DNA from: Lama glama
Lineage: Eukaryota
NCBI GenBank assembly: GCA_028534125.1
Contig: CM052817.1
Location: 64,048,001 to 64,112,000 of the forward strand
Direction: 5' to 3'
Length of the DNA stretch: 64,000 nucleotides
Part shown: one piece after another, positions 11,866 through 24,268 of the stretch
Layout: each line of letters opens with the position of its first letter
How positions within the stretch are numbered: position 1 is the stretch's first letter
Program-made: the position numbers and the translations under genes
The notes under the pieces: generated by a model
What the model saw: the letters and a program-made list of their open reading frames with translations, nothing else
The model's database searches: none
Told to the model about the DNA's origin: nothing

Positions 11866-14800
11866 AAAATAAACAATCCTATCTGACATCTAATCAATTA
11901 CCAAGCCAATACGATTTCCTTAATATTTCTTAAGACTGTTTGTTACTCTCTATCCCTGCTGCTTCTATTTTAGTTCCGCTTGTTCACATTTGGAATATTA
12001 CAGCAGTCTCCCAGCTTCTAGTCTAGACCTCATTCTTAGGCACTTTCCACTTTGAAACTACTCAAATATAAATTTAACAATGTCATTTTCAAAATTAAAA
12101 CCCTCCAGTAGCTTCCTGCTGCTCTTAGGATAATGCCCAATATCTGACCTCAGCCATCAAGACCCTACAAGAATTGATCCCTCTTCCTTGTCCACTTTTG
12201 TTCCATGACCTTCTCCCTTCTCCTACACCTGTGCACACCTCACCCTCACCATGAGCTGCTTGCAGGTCCCTCAGAGATTCAAACTCTTGCCTCCAGGCCC
12301 ATGGACATAAAGCCTTCTGCTTGGTTGACTTCTATCCCTCCTTCAGTTCTCTGCTTGATGGCATGTTCCCCAGAAGGCTCTGTGATAGGATTAAATGTCC
12401 TACCTATATTCTTCCACACTACCTCATCTCGGGTACCACATTACCACATCTCTACAGCAGTGTGATCTATTTACTTGTCTGTCTCTACTACTGTACTCCT
12501 CGAGGGCCAAAGGTCTCTTATTCACTCTTGTGTACCTAACTCCTAGATAGAACGTCACATGCTGTCAATAAATAAAGCCTTCTCTAATCTACTACTTCTT
12601 CTCCTGCCCCTAACAGTTTTCACCACATTCCATTTCTCAGAAACTTTCAATGACTCGATATTTCTTACCTTATCAAGTTCAAATTCCTTTGCTTGGTTAT
12701 TTTAGGCTCTCACAATCTTTCCCTCTTACTAAATTTCCAATCTTATTTCCCAATATGCCCCAACATGTACTTTTTTGATCGTCTTATGAATATGACATAG
12801 CCATGCCTTAGTTTATACTGTTTCTCTCTCCTGGAAAAGATCCCTTTCTTCCCATAATATTTTCCAAAAAAATTCTATCCATCCACATCCTCTCCTTATG
12901 AAGCCATCTTTAACTTCTTTGACTAGTTCTCTTTATATGTGAGTTCTCAGACTTAGGCGATCTTGTAATAGGAAGAAACATTTAAAATAGACAGCTCCCT
13001 AACCTTGTTTTGCACGACGTGTACCTATAATTATCTCTTTTCTCACCCAGCACAGTGCTGAGCTCAGAAGAGATGCTCAAAAACTACTTGACTGATTTTG
13101 AAGTGCTTTTTCCCATCTAAAAAATGTATACAATCTAGGCCTATAATTGTTTGCAGTACATCAACATCGGTAACTTGAGGTGACAGAGAAAATTTAGATT
13201 TCATAAGATGTAGAAAATGGTTAATATACTAAGTAAATGAGAGGTGGGGGGTAGGGTTACTATGAACTAGGAGTTAAGACATTTCAGTTGTTCAACCAGG
13301 ACTAGTCCAACCTCACTGAGGCCTTTTGAAAATAGAGCTTAGGCAGAAGACTGTTCACTGCCAAATCATTTATCACTGCAAAGTTTAGTTAACTACTCCA
13401 GTGAGATTCCCTTGAATGTTATTCAGAACATCATGGTGAAGAAGAGGCGATCAGTTCCCTATTATTCTTTTAAAGAACATTCTTTCTCTTCTCTTTCTAC
13501 TTCTTGCTTTGCCCCTCCCAGTACATTTCCATTACAGAATTTAAATCACCTTCTAACCTCTTGTTTACATGCATCAATGAGGTAAGTTTTGTTATAACCC
13601 TTGCCAAAATGTAGTGCTTCTGACCCTTTCTAATAAACATTTTCCTTGATACTTCTCTTCACCTGCCCCATGCTCCAGCAACTTGTTACACAAATAAATC
13701 TGTGGTTCTTTACGAATATACAGATATTTCTAGATAGAATTTCCTCCTTTATTTCGTACCAGGCCTAATCAAATCCTGAGCATTGCTTAACCTGGAGCAT
13801 GAGAACTACTGGATTTATTCTGGAAAACTCTTTTACATCAGGAGAATATTTTCTAGCTGTTTATGTGATCAGTGACTAGAAGTTTCATCAAAGTAATTTT
13901 TCTAACATATAAGCTTTTTGAGAGCAGGGACCATAGTTTATTTTCTATCCCTGGTGCCTCTTACAGTGCCTGATACATAGGAGGCACTCAATAAATCTCT
14001 ATTGACAGAATGAGTGAATAAATCAGTACAAAAACTAGCCCCTACCCTTCAGAAGATTCACAGTTTAAGACAGAAACAATGCAGATAGCAGCTGTCATCA
14101 TCATATCATTATAAATATTTATTGAATAGCTAATTTTACTTGGTGAGGTGCTAGAGTTTATAAAAAGATTAGTAATACCACTCTTGCTCTCTTTAAAGAC
14201 AAAAACTCTGAAAGAATGAAAAGACTTTCATTCATACAACAGTTTTTTTGTTTGTTTGTTTTTAAATGGAGCGCTGGCTATGTGTTAGCATTGTTCTGGC
14301 ACTCAGGGTATAATGGCAAATAAAGCAGACAAAAATCCCTCCCCTTGGGGAGCTTAAATTTAAATGGGGGTAACAGCCAATAAGCAAAATATGTATTATC
14401 TTAGTGATGAGTGCTAAGGAAAAAATAAAGTATGAAACTGGGGCTGGTGTTGAAATTTTAGAGAAAATGGCTAGGGAAGGCCTCATGTAGACAACTTTTT
14501 AATAAAAAAAAAAAAAGGAAAAAAGTGAAGATATGAGGGAAATGCTATATTCCTATAACGGGAGAAGGGAGGGGAGGAGAACTGGTGGTGTATGTGAAAG
14601 GGGCAGGCATTATACCTCAGGTAACAGTCAGCATCAGGTCTCACTGTGGCTACACAGCAATTTGTCAGGTGGGAGATCACAAAACCTCTTCAGCTGCTTT
14701 TGCTAGTTTTAATTCATGCATCCAAATGAAAAATAGAAGATGCTCTTAGAAACTATTGTAATATATAGCTACGAAAGGAAGTAGAAGGAAAAGTGAAGCT

Positions 14801-14967
14801 CACGAACTTGAGAATCTGGCAGAGATTGATGTAGGTGAAGGAAAGAGAGAGCAATAAAAATGAGGAGCAGTGATACAAAGACCTCAGGGTGGTCTTCTGG
14901 AGAGATCCAAATGAATGTAGAACATGGTAGGGGCATGTGTGTGAGAGTGTGTGTGCGTGCGTGCGTG

Positions 14968-15484
14968 CACGACCGGGAAAAGGAAAATAAGAATTACCTC
15001 GGTTCTTAGTCACCCGAAAAAAAGAAGAACTTTTGACAAAAGACAGAAAGTGTGATATAAGCAAGATTTTTATTGGTGAAATTAAAAAAAATAGTAAAAG
15101 ATAGTACACTCCCAAGAATTGGGAGCAGGCCAATCCAAGAGAGGAAAAATGGTGCTGTTTCTTTGTTTTTCCTGTTCTTATATCCTGTCTTAGGGGCGTT
15201 TTCGTAATTGATTGATTGATTGATTGACAACTCAGGTTCCCTGCGCTCTGGCATGCCCATCCTCTTTTGAGCAGGTTCATTGGGTCAGGTTTTATCAGGT
15301 CCCCCTCCCATGAGCAGCTGCAATGCTTTGATTTTAACTGGCTTCTTTTACTGGCCCTCATTTAGAGAAAGTAAAAATTTCTGGAGTCCCTTTTCCTGAA
15401 TGCAGACATACTGTTATTTTCTTGGTTGTTCCTTCCCCTTCCTCTCCCCTGGCCAGTGCTCATTTCTATCTAAACTGCCTAACA
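14968..15484 (-). mobile_element. ERV1-class solo LTR, same family as 5663-6209
   Basis: Collinear high similarity to 5663-6209 (aattacctcggttcttagtcacc ... ggccctcatttagagaaagtaaaa ... ctgcctaaca). Left terminus merges into a TG/TGCG microsatellite. Confidence 0.88.
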
Positions 15485-15503
15485 TGTGTAGTTCACATTG
15501 GTG

Positions 15504-15910
15504 TGTTATGGGCTGAATCATGTTTTCTGCAAGTTTATTGCAAGTTTATTGTTGAAGTCCTAACCTCTAGTATCTCAGAATGTGACCTTATTTGGAAATA
15601 GGGTCACTGCAGGCACAATTAAAGATGAGGTCATACTAGAGTAGTTGGGCCCCTAATCAAAAATGACTAGTGTGCTCATAAAAAAGAAAAATATGAACAG
15701 ACATGCCATTTGAAAGCTGGAGTTATGCTAACCACAGGCCAAGGACCGACCAGAAGCTAGGAGAGGCCTGGAAAAAATTCTTTATTGCCTTCAGTGAGTT
15801 CTAACCACACTTTGATTTCAGACTTCTGGCCTCTAGAACTGTAAGAGTACATTTATGTTGTTCTAAGCCACCCAATTTGTGGTACTTAGCAGTCCTAGGA
15901 AACTAATTCA
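15504..15910 (+). mobile_element. MLT1B-like MaLR solo LTR
   Basis: tgttatgggctgaat...gaatgtgaccttatttggaaatagggtc...cctaggaaactaattca. Confidence 0.78.
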
Positions 15911-17529
15911 AGCCTGTTAAGACTGTTTTGATGTAAACAGCAAGAGCATTCTTATATCACAGAATGGGAAGTAACGCAGTAGAAGACTGAAGCGCCTTAT
16001 TGTCTTGGGCAACAGAAAAGTCTAATAGCTTTGACCTTTGTAGTTAAATTGTATTTTCTTGTTTCACCAAACCTCTCTTAACTATGTTTCATTTTTGTTT
16101 TAGAAAATTTGCTCTCTGCTCAACAAATTACAAGGCCTATTCTGACTTGTGTGCTTGTAGTACCAGTCAGACAAGGGGGAACTGATCTGACTGTGAGAGG
16201 GGCCACGGATAAAGGGTGGGGAGCCCCTTTTCTCAACACTGGGTTCAAAGAGTAAAAGTTAAAAAGGGAAAGAAATTTCCATTTAGCTCTTCAGCATCTC
16301 CTTCTCAGGTTGTGTGGCTGTCTGCGCCCTTCCCCCGGAGGGCTGCAGTTGCTGCTACCTCGGGAGAGCGACCTGACTCCTTACCGCAAACACGGAAAGG
16401 TCAGGGCCCGAGCAGGGTGCAGAGAAAAGGAAGGCTGCCCCGGCCTCCCCCAGGCCAGGGGCCCCAGGACCAGCCTTCGCCTCGCGCGCATGCCCAGTGG
16501 GGACGGCGCCCTCGAAAGGGAGCGCGAGCCTCAGGTTTTCCCCGAGGCCGGGGAGGTGCGGGGAGCCGGCGGCGGCCCGGCAGACCGAGGGAACTCCCGC
16601 CGGTCGACCCGGCGGGGCCGCAGCCAACTCGGAGCTTTTATTTTCCTGCCTTGGCAACCTTGCTCGTGACGCGTTCTGAGGGAGTCGGGCAGAGCTGGGC
16701 ACATCCTATAGGGTGGAGCCCGACGGCCAGGGCACCCTTGTTACAAGGCTTTTCAGGTGTCCTCAGGGGAAGGGAAGGCCGCGCTCCTCTAGGAAGGAGA
16801 ACGACACTTTCTAAAGAAATCCTGGGGCGGTCACTCCTCTCTATGCCCGGACCTCTCTCTTTAAACTGGCCAAAGCCAGGACAATCTTCACTGTCCCGCT
16901 GATATGCCTGCTAATATTAAGCGCCCTCCCAGCGGCCACCTCCCTCCTCTGTGCCCAGCGGGCCCACAGGCTGCTCTGAAAATGGGCGTCCTCAGGTATC
17001 TATCTCCAAGAGGCGCTGGCCTCAGCGCCAGTACGTCCCCTCCAGCTTCGTTTCAGGACATCCGCTTTGCTCCCCATGCACCCTCCCGTGTCAGAGGCCC
17101 AGCGTCTCCACCTTCGAGAAATTCCCGCCTGTGCACCCCGGCTGTCCCGTAATGGACATGGGTCCGCTTTCCGGGTGTTGGTTCCCGGGGTCAGGGAACG
17201 GAGCCGTACGGTTGTAGTTCGGGCTCAGCGTCCCAGAGCCCAGCCTTCTCAGGGGCCAATCTCCGCTCCTCAGGCGGCCGCCATCAAGCTCCTCCGCCGC
17301 AGCTGCAGCCGGTCCGCAAACACACGCCCACCCGCACGCTCAGATTCACTTGCCCCGGGGAAAGAGGGAATCACTGAGCATGCTCGGTGCGAAGGGCGGG
17401 GCACTCCCGGTCCGCGATTCGGGGCGGGCGCTCCTCAGGCCGGCTCGCCGCCTCCGCCGCCCGCCCGCCCGCTCCGAGCCGCGCCCGCCGCAGGCTGCGC
17501 CCGCCCCGCCCTACCCCGCCCCGCCCCCC

Positions 17530-17729
17530 GCCGCTCGTCCCCGCCGCGGCCGCGCCGCCTGCAGCAGCAGCAGCGGCAGCAGCTGCTCCTCCTCCTCCCC
17601 GGCGGCCGCCCCCCGCGGGTCCCTCCCTGGCTGCGGGAGAGACAGAGGTAGAGGGAGGACATAGCGCCGCGCCGCCCGCACCGGAGACCTTCGCCTCGCC
17701 CTGCCGGCTTCTCACCCTCTGGAGGGAAC
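17530..17729 (+). other. RAP1GDS1: Probable 5' UTR of RAP1GDS1 (start approximate)
   Basis: GC-rich, ATG-free segment between the GC-box cluster and the start codon. The TSS cannot be fixed from sequence. Confidence 0.55.
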
Positions 17730-17733
17730 ATGG
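17730..17733 (+). CDS. RAP1GDS1: RAP1GDS1 coding exon 1 (ATG plus first G of codon 2)
   Basis: ggaacATGG|gtaagt: strong Kozak context (A at -3, G at +4) directly followed by a consensus donor at 17734, inside a CpG island. In-frame upstream TAG at 17649-17651. Splices in frame to exon 2 to give MDNLSDTLKKLK. Confidence 0.93.
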
Positions 17734-20269
17734 GTAAGTCATCCTTCCTCCCCCGTCATCGCCTGACATGTTTCTCTTTCTCGGCGAGTTGCAGGGTGGA
17801 AACCATTTCTCGCGCAAAGTTGCCGGATTTTTCAAACCCACGGGTGTGAGGCAGTGGCTGTTCCTCCGGGGAGAGTCGGCGCACGCGGAACGCACGCCGC
17901 GTCCGCGGGCTGGGAGGGTCCCGAGCGCGGGTGGGGTCGTGCGGGCGGCGTCCGGCTCTCGGGCACCTCGCAGCCTCGCCTCCCCTCCTCCATTCTTCCT
18001 GCCCGAACCGGTGCCCGGGCACCACGGAGACTGCCTCGCGGGCTCGCATCGCTGCCCCGTCCCGCTTTCTTCGGAGGCCGCCCGCTTCCTTTCCCCCGCG
18101 GCTGCTGGGCTGGAGGCTCCGGTGGGACGCGAGAAAGACCACTTCACGTAACTTCCCTGTCTGGGCGACCTTTCCCCATCTTGGGGACTGCTCATCCCGG
18201 GGCGGGGAAGTGTGAGCAAGTAGTTTGTGGGGGTGAATTTACAACCTGCACAGAAATTATTTTCGATGGGGGAGAGCGGACAGCCTCATAGGTTGAAAGG
18301 ATGACTTGTCAGAGGCCACGAGGAACGTGAGGAGGGATGGATAGAGCCGCTAGCTGTTGAATTGGTGTTGGGTGACTACAGTGTGCAGTATTCCTGTGCT
18401 CAACCCATTTTCTTGGTTCCTTCGCCTGCCTTCTGTAGCAGGAAACGGCACCCTGTGTGTAATATGTTACCGAACTTACATGTTAGTTATTCTTCCCCAG
18501 CTTCCCTTGTCGAAATCTACAGAATCTTATTTTAGTTCTTTTGTGTTTATAGTTAATCTTAAGAGTTTTGGGTGAAATATTTAAAAGCAAATATGTCTTA
18601 TAAAACTATATACAATTTATCTTGATTTTTTTTGTCGTAACATGTTCCTTAATTGTTAAGTTCAGTAATTACAAAAATTGTAATGTTATTAAAGGGCGAA
18701 AGCTTAAAAAAAAAAAACCCAGTAGCAATGTGGAATACCATACTTCTTCATGTTCCCCAGTTAGCTTCGATTCCTGTCTGTCATAATTTCCTCTTTTTAA
18801 AATTTGCTTAATTGGCAATCTGTGATCTCGGACTTTTCCCACCCCTTCCGTGCAAATTATTTTAAGCTTGAGATGAGTGTGGTGCTTTCATCTGTCAATA
18901 CAGTGTTCAACACGTCCAGAGGTAGGTCATGGCAACTCAGAATCTTCAAGGAAGTATCTAAATCTAGAAATGGTGTCGATGGAGCTTATTCGAAAAGCAA
19001 ATGCTCCAAGCTCTGATTCAGACCTTTGGCCATATATCAGGAAGAGGTCACTGTTGCAAGAGGAGGTGATATGAATGAAAAATGACTATAGGGCCCTGAA
19101 TTTTATTTTTGGTTGTTCAGTTTTTTCCTTTTTAATGTACTATTGGTTCTGCTGAACAGTTTTCTGTGAAAAATTGGGTGGCCTATTTATATATACCTAG
19201 CCTTTCTCTAGGAGTAGAATTTTAAATAAATACAGTTCAGATTATTGGACACATTGTCTTTCCCTTGAACATAACAAAAATTTTCTTCTTAATTATAGGC
19301 CATAAGTCTGGCTTGTAAAGTACATTCCCCCATGTTTCAAGGTGAGCTAAAAACTCCATTTAACTACAATTTTAACTTACATATTGAATCAATACCTTCT
19401 CAGAAAAAACTCAATTCTGTTGCAATACTAATGAAAAATTAAACACTTCACATAAAAATAATTAATCTTGAATGTTATTGCTTGATTTCAGAGTCCAAAT
19501 AGAAACACATCTCCTGTCTTCTCAAATACTCTGATTAAATCACACTCTCTCCTAATACTGTTTGAACCTTGTTGGAAGCTTTTTAGCTCTTACATAATCT
19601 GCTTTATAATGGAGTTGTTTATGTGTGTGTTGTGCATTTAATCATGAGTTTCAGAAGATGAAAATTATGTCTTATTAATTTTTGGGTCCCCCAACAATGC
19701 TTTCCATATAGTAGGTATTTAGTAAAGCTTTGGTGAATTAATTGAAGTGAAAACCCGTCTATTTTCAACTCGTGAACCCAAAAGCATGGGCTTTCAACAA
19801 ACATTTAGGTTGGCAGATATTATGGAGGTGTGGAGGAAGTGGGAATAGCAAAGTATAATTATACTATGACTCCTCTTCTTTTAAAAAAAGATTGTCTCAC
19901 AGGTATGGGTTTTGCAGCAGCCACCACGACAAAGCTATTTCCTTGTACACTGCTGTTTTCAATGGTAAGGTGGTTTTATTTATGATCAGTAGGTACGTAC
20001 ATTAATGTAAAATTGAAAGCAATTTTATATTCTAAGCCAAGGAAGTTATTATAACAGTTCATATATACATAAGGAGTATACTGATTAATGGTAGAAAAAA
20101 ATCACTTTTTAATGTCTTTTCAAGAAATGAAGAAGGTGATTTTTAAAAAAGATATTCTCATGGCAGTAATTTTTCTCTATAAGAAAGTGAAGGAAACTTC
20201 CTATGTGATCTTACGGAACACAGCTATTATTTTATGTATATATTTTATTGTAAATTCAGTGTGTACTTA

Positions 20270-21690
20270 ATATTTTTTGAATACCAACCATATGGAGTGT
20301 ACTGTGGGAGGATAAAGATGAATAAGACATTCATATTTCAAGTTGCTTATAATCTTAACAGGAATGATGTGATACATAGATAACTATACACAGATAACTA
20401 TAATAGAAATAAAATATGAGTGATACAGAAGACCTTCACGTATCTTTAAGATCCAAAGGTTGGAGAGAATGTTTTAGAAAAATAATGTTACTTGAACCAA
20501 AGGTTGATTAAGCTTCTGAAAGGTAGAAATAAATGGAGACTGTTATTCAGGATGGGGCTGGGGGGAGAGAAATTACTTAAATGAAGAAATGACATAAATG
20601 AAGATATAAAGATAGGAACATTCAAGCAGTTTCAGGACATGATTAAATAACCATATTTGGCTGGAGCAAAAATAAGGAAATAGTGAGTGACAGAGATGAA
20701 AAAGTATTAATAGGTAAAGAACAGATAATGGAGGGCCTTGAATACCAAGCTGAAGTTTTTGGACTTCATTTGTCTGTTGAGGGACTATTAAACCTTTTTA
20801 TGTACTTAAGTGATAGAACACATCTGTGGTTTAGGAAAGTTAATGTGTCAGTTGAGTGTAGGATGGATTGAATGAGAAACTAGAGAATATTTCAGAAGGT
20901 GGTTGTTGCCATTTGGGTGAAAATATATACTGTCCTGAACTAGGCTATGGCAGTGGGAGTACAATATTGCAAACTAAGAACAGGATTTAAATTTGGAATT
21001 AAGAAAGGAGTCATACATTATTACCTAGAATGTGGGATCTGTTAAATAGATATTTAATCCATTGGAAGAGGAAACATGAGTAGTCAATGTTCAATCTGAT
21101 GAGTTGGACTGTTTAAGCTTGCCTTTTAGATTCTCTGCTTTTTGATGACAGGGACTCTCATATTAGGTTTTGAATACTTTTCTAACTCTAGTGTCTAGCA
21201 TGTACATAGGAGCTATGCAGTAAAAATGTGTTGACTAACTGAAACTAGGTAAGAGATGCTTAACAGAAAGTTATTTTAACTCTCAAGAGAGGAATTGAGC
21301 TAGAGATCTGGACATTATCCACTAATATCCTGAGATGATAGGTAGGAGGATGAGAGTTAACAAAGAAGAAGAAAATTTGTCACAGATTAAGAACCTTGAG
21401 GAATGCCCCATTGTTAGGGAAAAGGAATGAAATGAGTTGACATTGAAAAAGACAGTAGTAGTATTTAGGAGTGAAAGACTGGAATTGGCATGTGGTTTCT
21501 TTCAAGAGAGAATGGTCAATGTCTGTTGTTTGAAAACAGACAGAGTAATAAGGACTGAGAAAAGGCTCCAAGTTGATGTGGTTTGGTCAGGATATTACCT
21601 AGTATATTTTCTAAAAAGCAGCTTTAAGAAGTATGATAGATATGGAGGTCAGTGGTAAAGACTAAGTGGGTAATGAGTAAGTGGAAACAG
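20270..21690 (-). mobile_element. L2 LINE fossil segments
   Basis: Degenerate L2 motifs (gagggccttgaataccaagctgaag, ataaggactgagaaaagg). Boundaries approximate. Confidence 0.55.
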
Positions 21691-23514
21691 TTCGCTATGT
21701 GTAGTAGTATGATATCCCTTACAGATTTAAAGATCTGTAAGTAAGCATAGTTTTCTTTAAACAGTTTTTAAATGTTGCACTTTACATGGAATGACATGTG
21801 TTGGGCTTTTTTTTTTTTTTTTTGCCTGAGAATAATTTGTAATTTCACCATAGTGCCTCACATTTCTTTGACATTCCACTCTTCATGTCTTTGTGACTTT
21901 ATATAGTACACTTTTTATTTTTGCAGTATCTGTCGTGCACAGTGAGTTTAGAAATGGTTTTATAATTTCACATGACATTTTGCATAAAGAATATTCTACT
22001 GATGAATGGTTATTATCACTTTATTTACTATTAGTCTTTGTGAATTTGAAATTTCTCTAGTTATATGTATGCCTCTAATTATATGCTTAATTTCTGAAGT
22101 TTTTGTTTTTCTCTGTAAATATGTACTAGTCTTATAGATAAATCTTTTCCTTTTTGGCTTGTATTTCTAAGACCAGGGTTGGTTTCATAGATAAATAGTA
22201 AAAAATGATACTTTTATTTGTTCTTTACAATTCAAAATAGAGCAACAAAGTATTTTTGTAAGCTGGTTATCATTAAAAGTTATTATTTTAAAAGAGCATA
22301 GATGATAAATTGACTAGTTCAATCATTTTTCTTATGTTGGCTTTATATCTATTTTGTATAATGCCCTTTCTGTTTTTCATATGAGAGAAGGGCTGGATTC
22401 ACTATCCTTGGTAGAGTCATACTCTGAAGTCTCTAGTACTACTATCTGGAAAGGTATAATAGCCTTAATTCATTTTGAGAACCATAGAGTCTTAACTTTT
22501 ACAGTGGAATGTTGGAGCTTCTAGGTGCCTTTGGGGAAATAGTGTGGTTGCTCTCTCCAGAGATTCTAGATCATCTGAATTTGAAATTGGTGATTTGGGA
22601 GATATTGATGTTACCAGCAATAGCTATAAAGAATTATGTAAATTTTTAATATTCATTCATGAACATCAGGAGGAATGAACAAGGAAGATCCATTCCTTTG
22701 GAAACTTCATGTTAATTTTAGATAACCAAATGTTTGGATGACTGATAAGGAAAAAATTCAATTTAAAATGCTGTCCTAGACATTTAACTTGGCAAATAGC
22801 TCTTATGGAGAGAAGAGCAATAAAAATTAAGATAAAGGAATAGGTTATAAAGTCTGTTTTGGTTCTAGAATTCTGATTCTTTGAAACTAAACTTTGAATT
22901 ATATTCAATATCATTGATGTCTTAAGTATGTTATAATCATCCCTATATAACTTGTTTGTCTTTATTGTTCAAAGGGTATTGTCTGCTTGAGGTAGAAACT
23001 TCAGAATATGAACCAACTTGTTAGCTTTGTCTAAATAGATGTCCCAAAATACCATCACCCATGCTGGCTAAGATATGGATGCTGGATTCAAATTGCAGAG
23101 TAACGTAATTCTCTCAGTACATCTATTTATACAACTTTTGTTGCTAGAAGCATTCCAAGAGTTAAAACTGAGAATAAGGATAGTGATAAATGGAGGTAGT
23201 TAAATAGAGCTGCTAACCATAATTGGCTGTACTTATAAACTCCAAAGTTCTTCTGACTTTTTGTTCATAAAATGAATTTTTTTTAATATGGGTTCTGTAT
23301 CTGACCCTTTCTCTAAAGCCTGTTTTGCTCAATTTTGTCCATTTTTATGGCTTCAAATACTATTAAATGCTATTTATGGTATTGGTGCCTAAAAGCATAA
23401 ACCTGGGCTCTGTCTTTTTACCTAGTAGATTTTTAGATATCCCTACCTGCATAGTTAATTCAAACTCACTGAGTTCAAACCTGAATTCATTGTGTAATTT
23501 TTTAATAATGATAA

Positions 23515-23864
23515 TGAGAGGTGTGCTGATTAATGTTTGGCCAGAAGCTCTTCTCCAAAAAGTTCTGATTTGTGGTGGTTGATTTCCTGTGAATGCATGG
23601 TTGTGAAGAAATGAGATGCAGCACACCATTGTATAGTATACCCACCATATAGACATAATAACCTCATAAATACAGGTAATAATATCATTTAGTAATTAAG
23701 TAGCGATGAATTTTGAATATTAATAGCTTTGCTTCAATATAACTTACTTAAAATGTATGAAATTTAATTTTCAATAATGGCTGTTTTAATACCTGCCTCA
23801 CAAAATTCCTAAAAATTTAATTATCATATCTCATGGGCTGGTGCAAAGAGGCTCCAGTACACCT
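23515..23864. mobile_element. hAT non-autonomous element (MER63-like)
   Basis: Inverted ends aggtgtgctg ... cagtacacct and internal cacaaaattcctaaaaatttaa motif. Confidence 0.55.
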
Positions 23865-24268
23865 ATGAATTAATAATTGCCATTTATTACAATTTATTAA
23901 GAATTATTGATATCGGTTATTATGTTAAACTTTACTTTTTTCATGTTTTTAAAATTTTAGTGTTAATCTTTTTAACAGTTCTGTGAAGTGGGTGACACTC
24001 TCCTCATTTTACTGACTCAAAGAATTAAATAATTTATCCAAGGAGACACAGCTAAAAATCTCCTGTTTTAGAGCATTGATTCTTTACACTCTATTTTGTG
24101 TAAGAATCACTTGTAAATAGAACTTGTTTAAAAAAAAAATTACCAGGCCCACCCTCAGAAATTCTGATTGAGTAGTTGTGGGGTGGGCCAAGAATTTGCC
24201 TTGCCAAGAATTTGCCTTGCCAAGACATTTCCAGTTGCTGCTGCACTTTGAATAGCATGAGTGTAGAG

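Larger units (their letters stand above)
16300..18300. promoter_or_regulatory. CpG island promoter of RAP1GDS1
   Basis: Abrupt GC- and CpG-rich block in otherwise CpG-depleted DNA. Contains GC boxes (gggcgggg ~17394, ggggcggg ~17421, repeated ccccgccc ~17500-17530), CCAAT ~17256 and an NRF1-like gcgcatgcc ~16486. Spans exon 1. Confidence 0.92.

Noticed and set aside
6210..14967. Internal region of a full-length provirus between the two LTRs
   Set aside because: No gag/pol/env remnants, the spacer is filled with older repeats, and the first LTR has its own TSD on both sides.
14753..15361. 202 aa minus-strand ORF sharing a peptide (VTKNRGN..FPFPG) with ORF 5565..5753
   Set aside because: The shared peptide only reflects the two homologous LTRs; there is no coding signature.
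1..16200. A second protein-coding gene upstream of RAP1GDS1
   Set aside because: No exon with a recognisable translation was found. Small or non-coding exons cannot be excluded by eye.
17387..17737. GTG-initiated poly-Ala ORF as an N-terminal extension of RAP1GDS1
   Set aside because: It is out of frame with ATG 17730. The in-frame reading is closed by TAG at 17649-17651.
16216..18291. Many long overlapping ORFs (up to 282 aa) on both strands
   Set aside because: Expected from stop-codon scarcity in a GC-rich CpG island. The products are low-complexity Pro/Arg/Gly/Ala with no recognisable domain.
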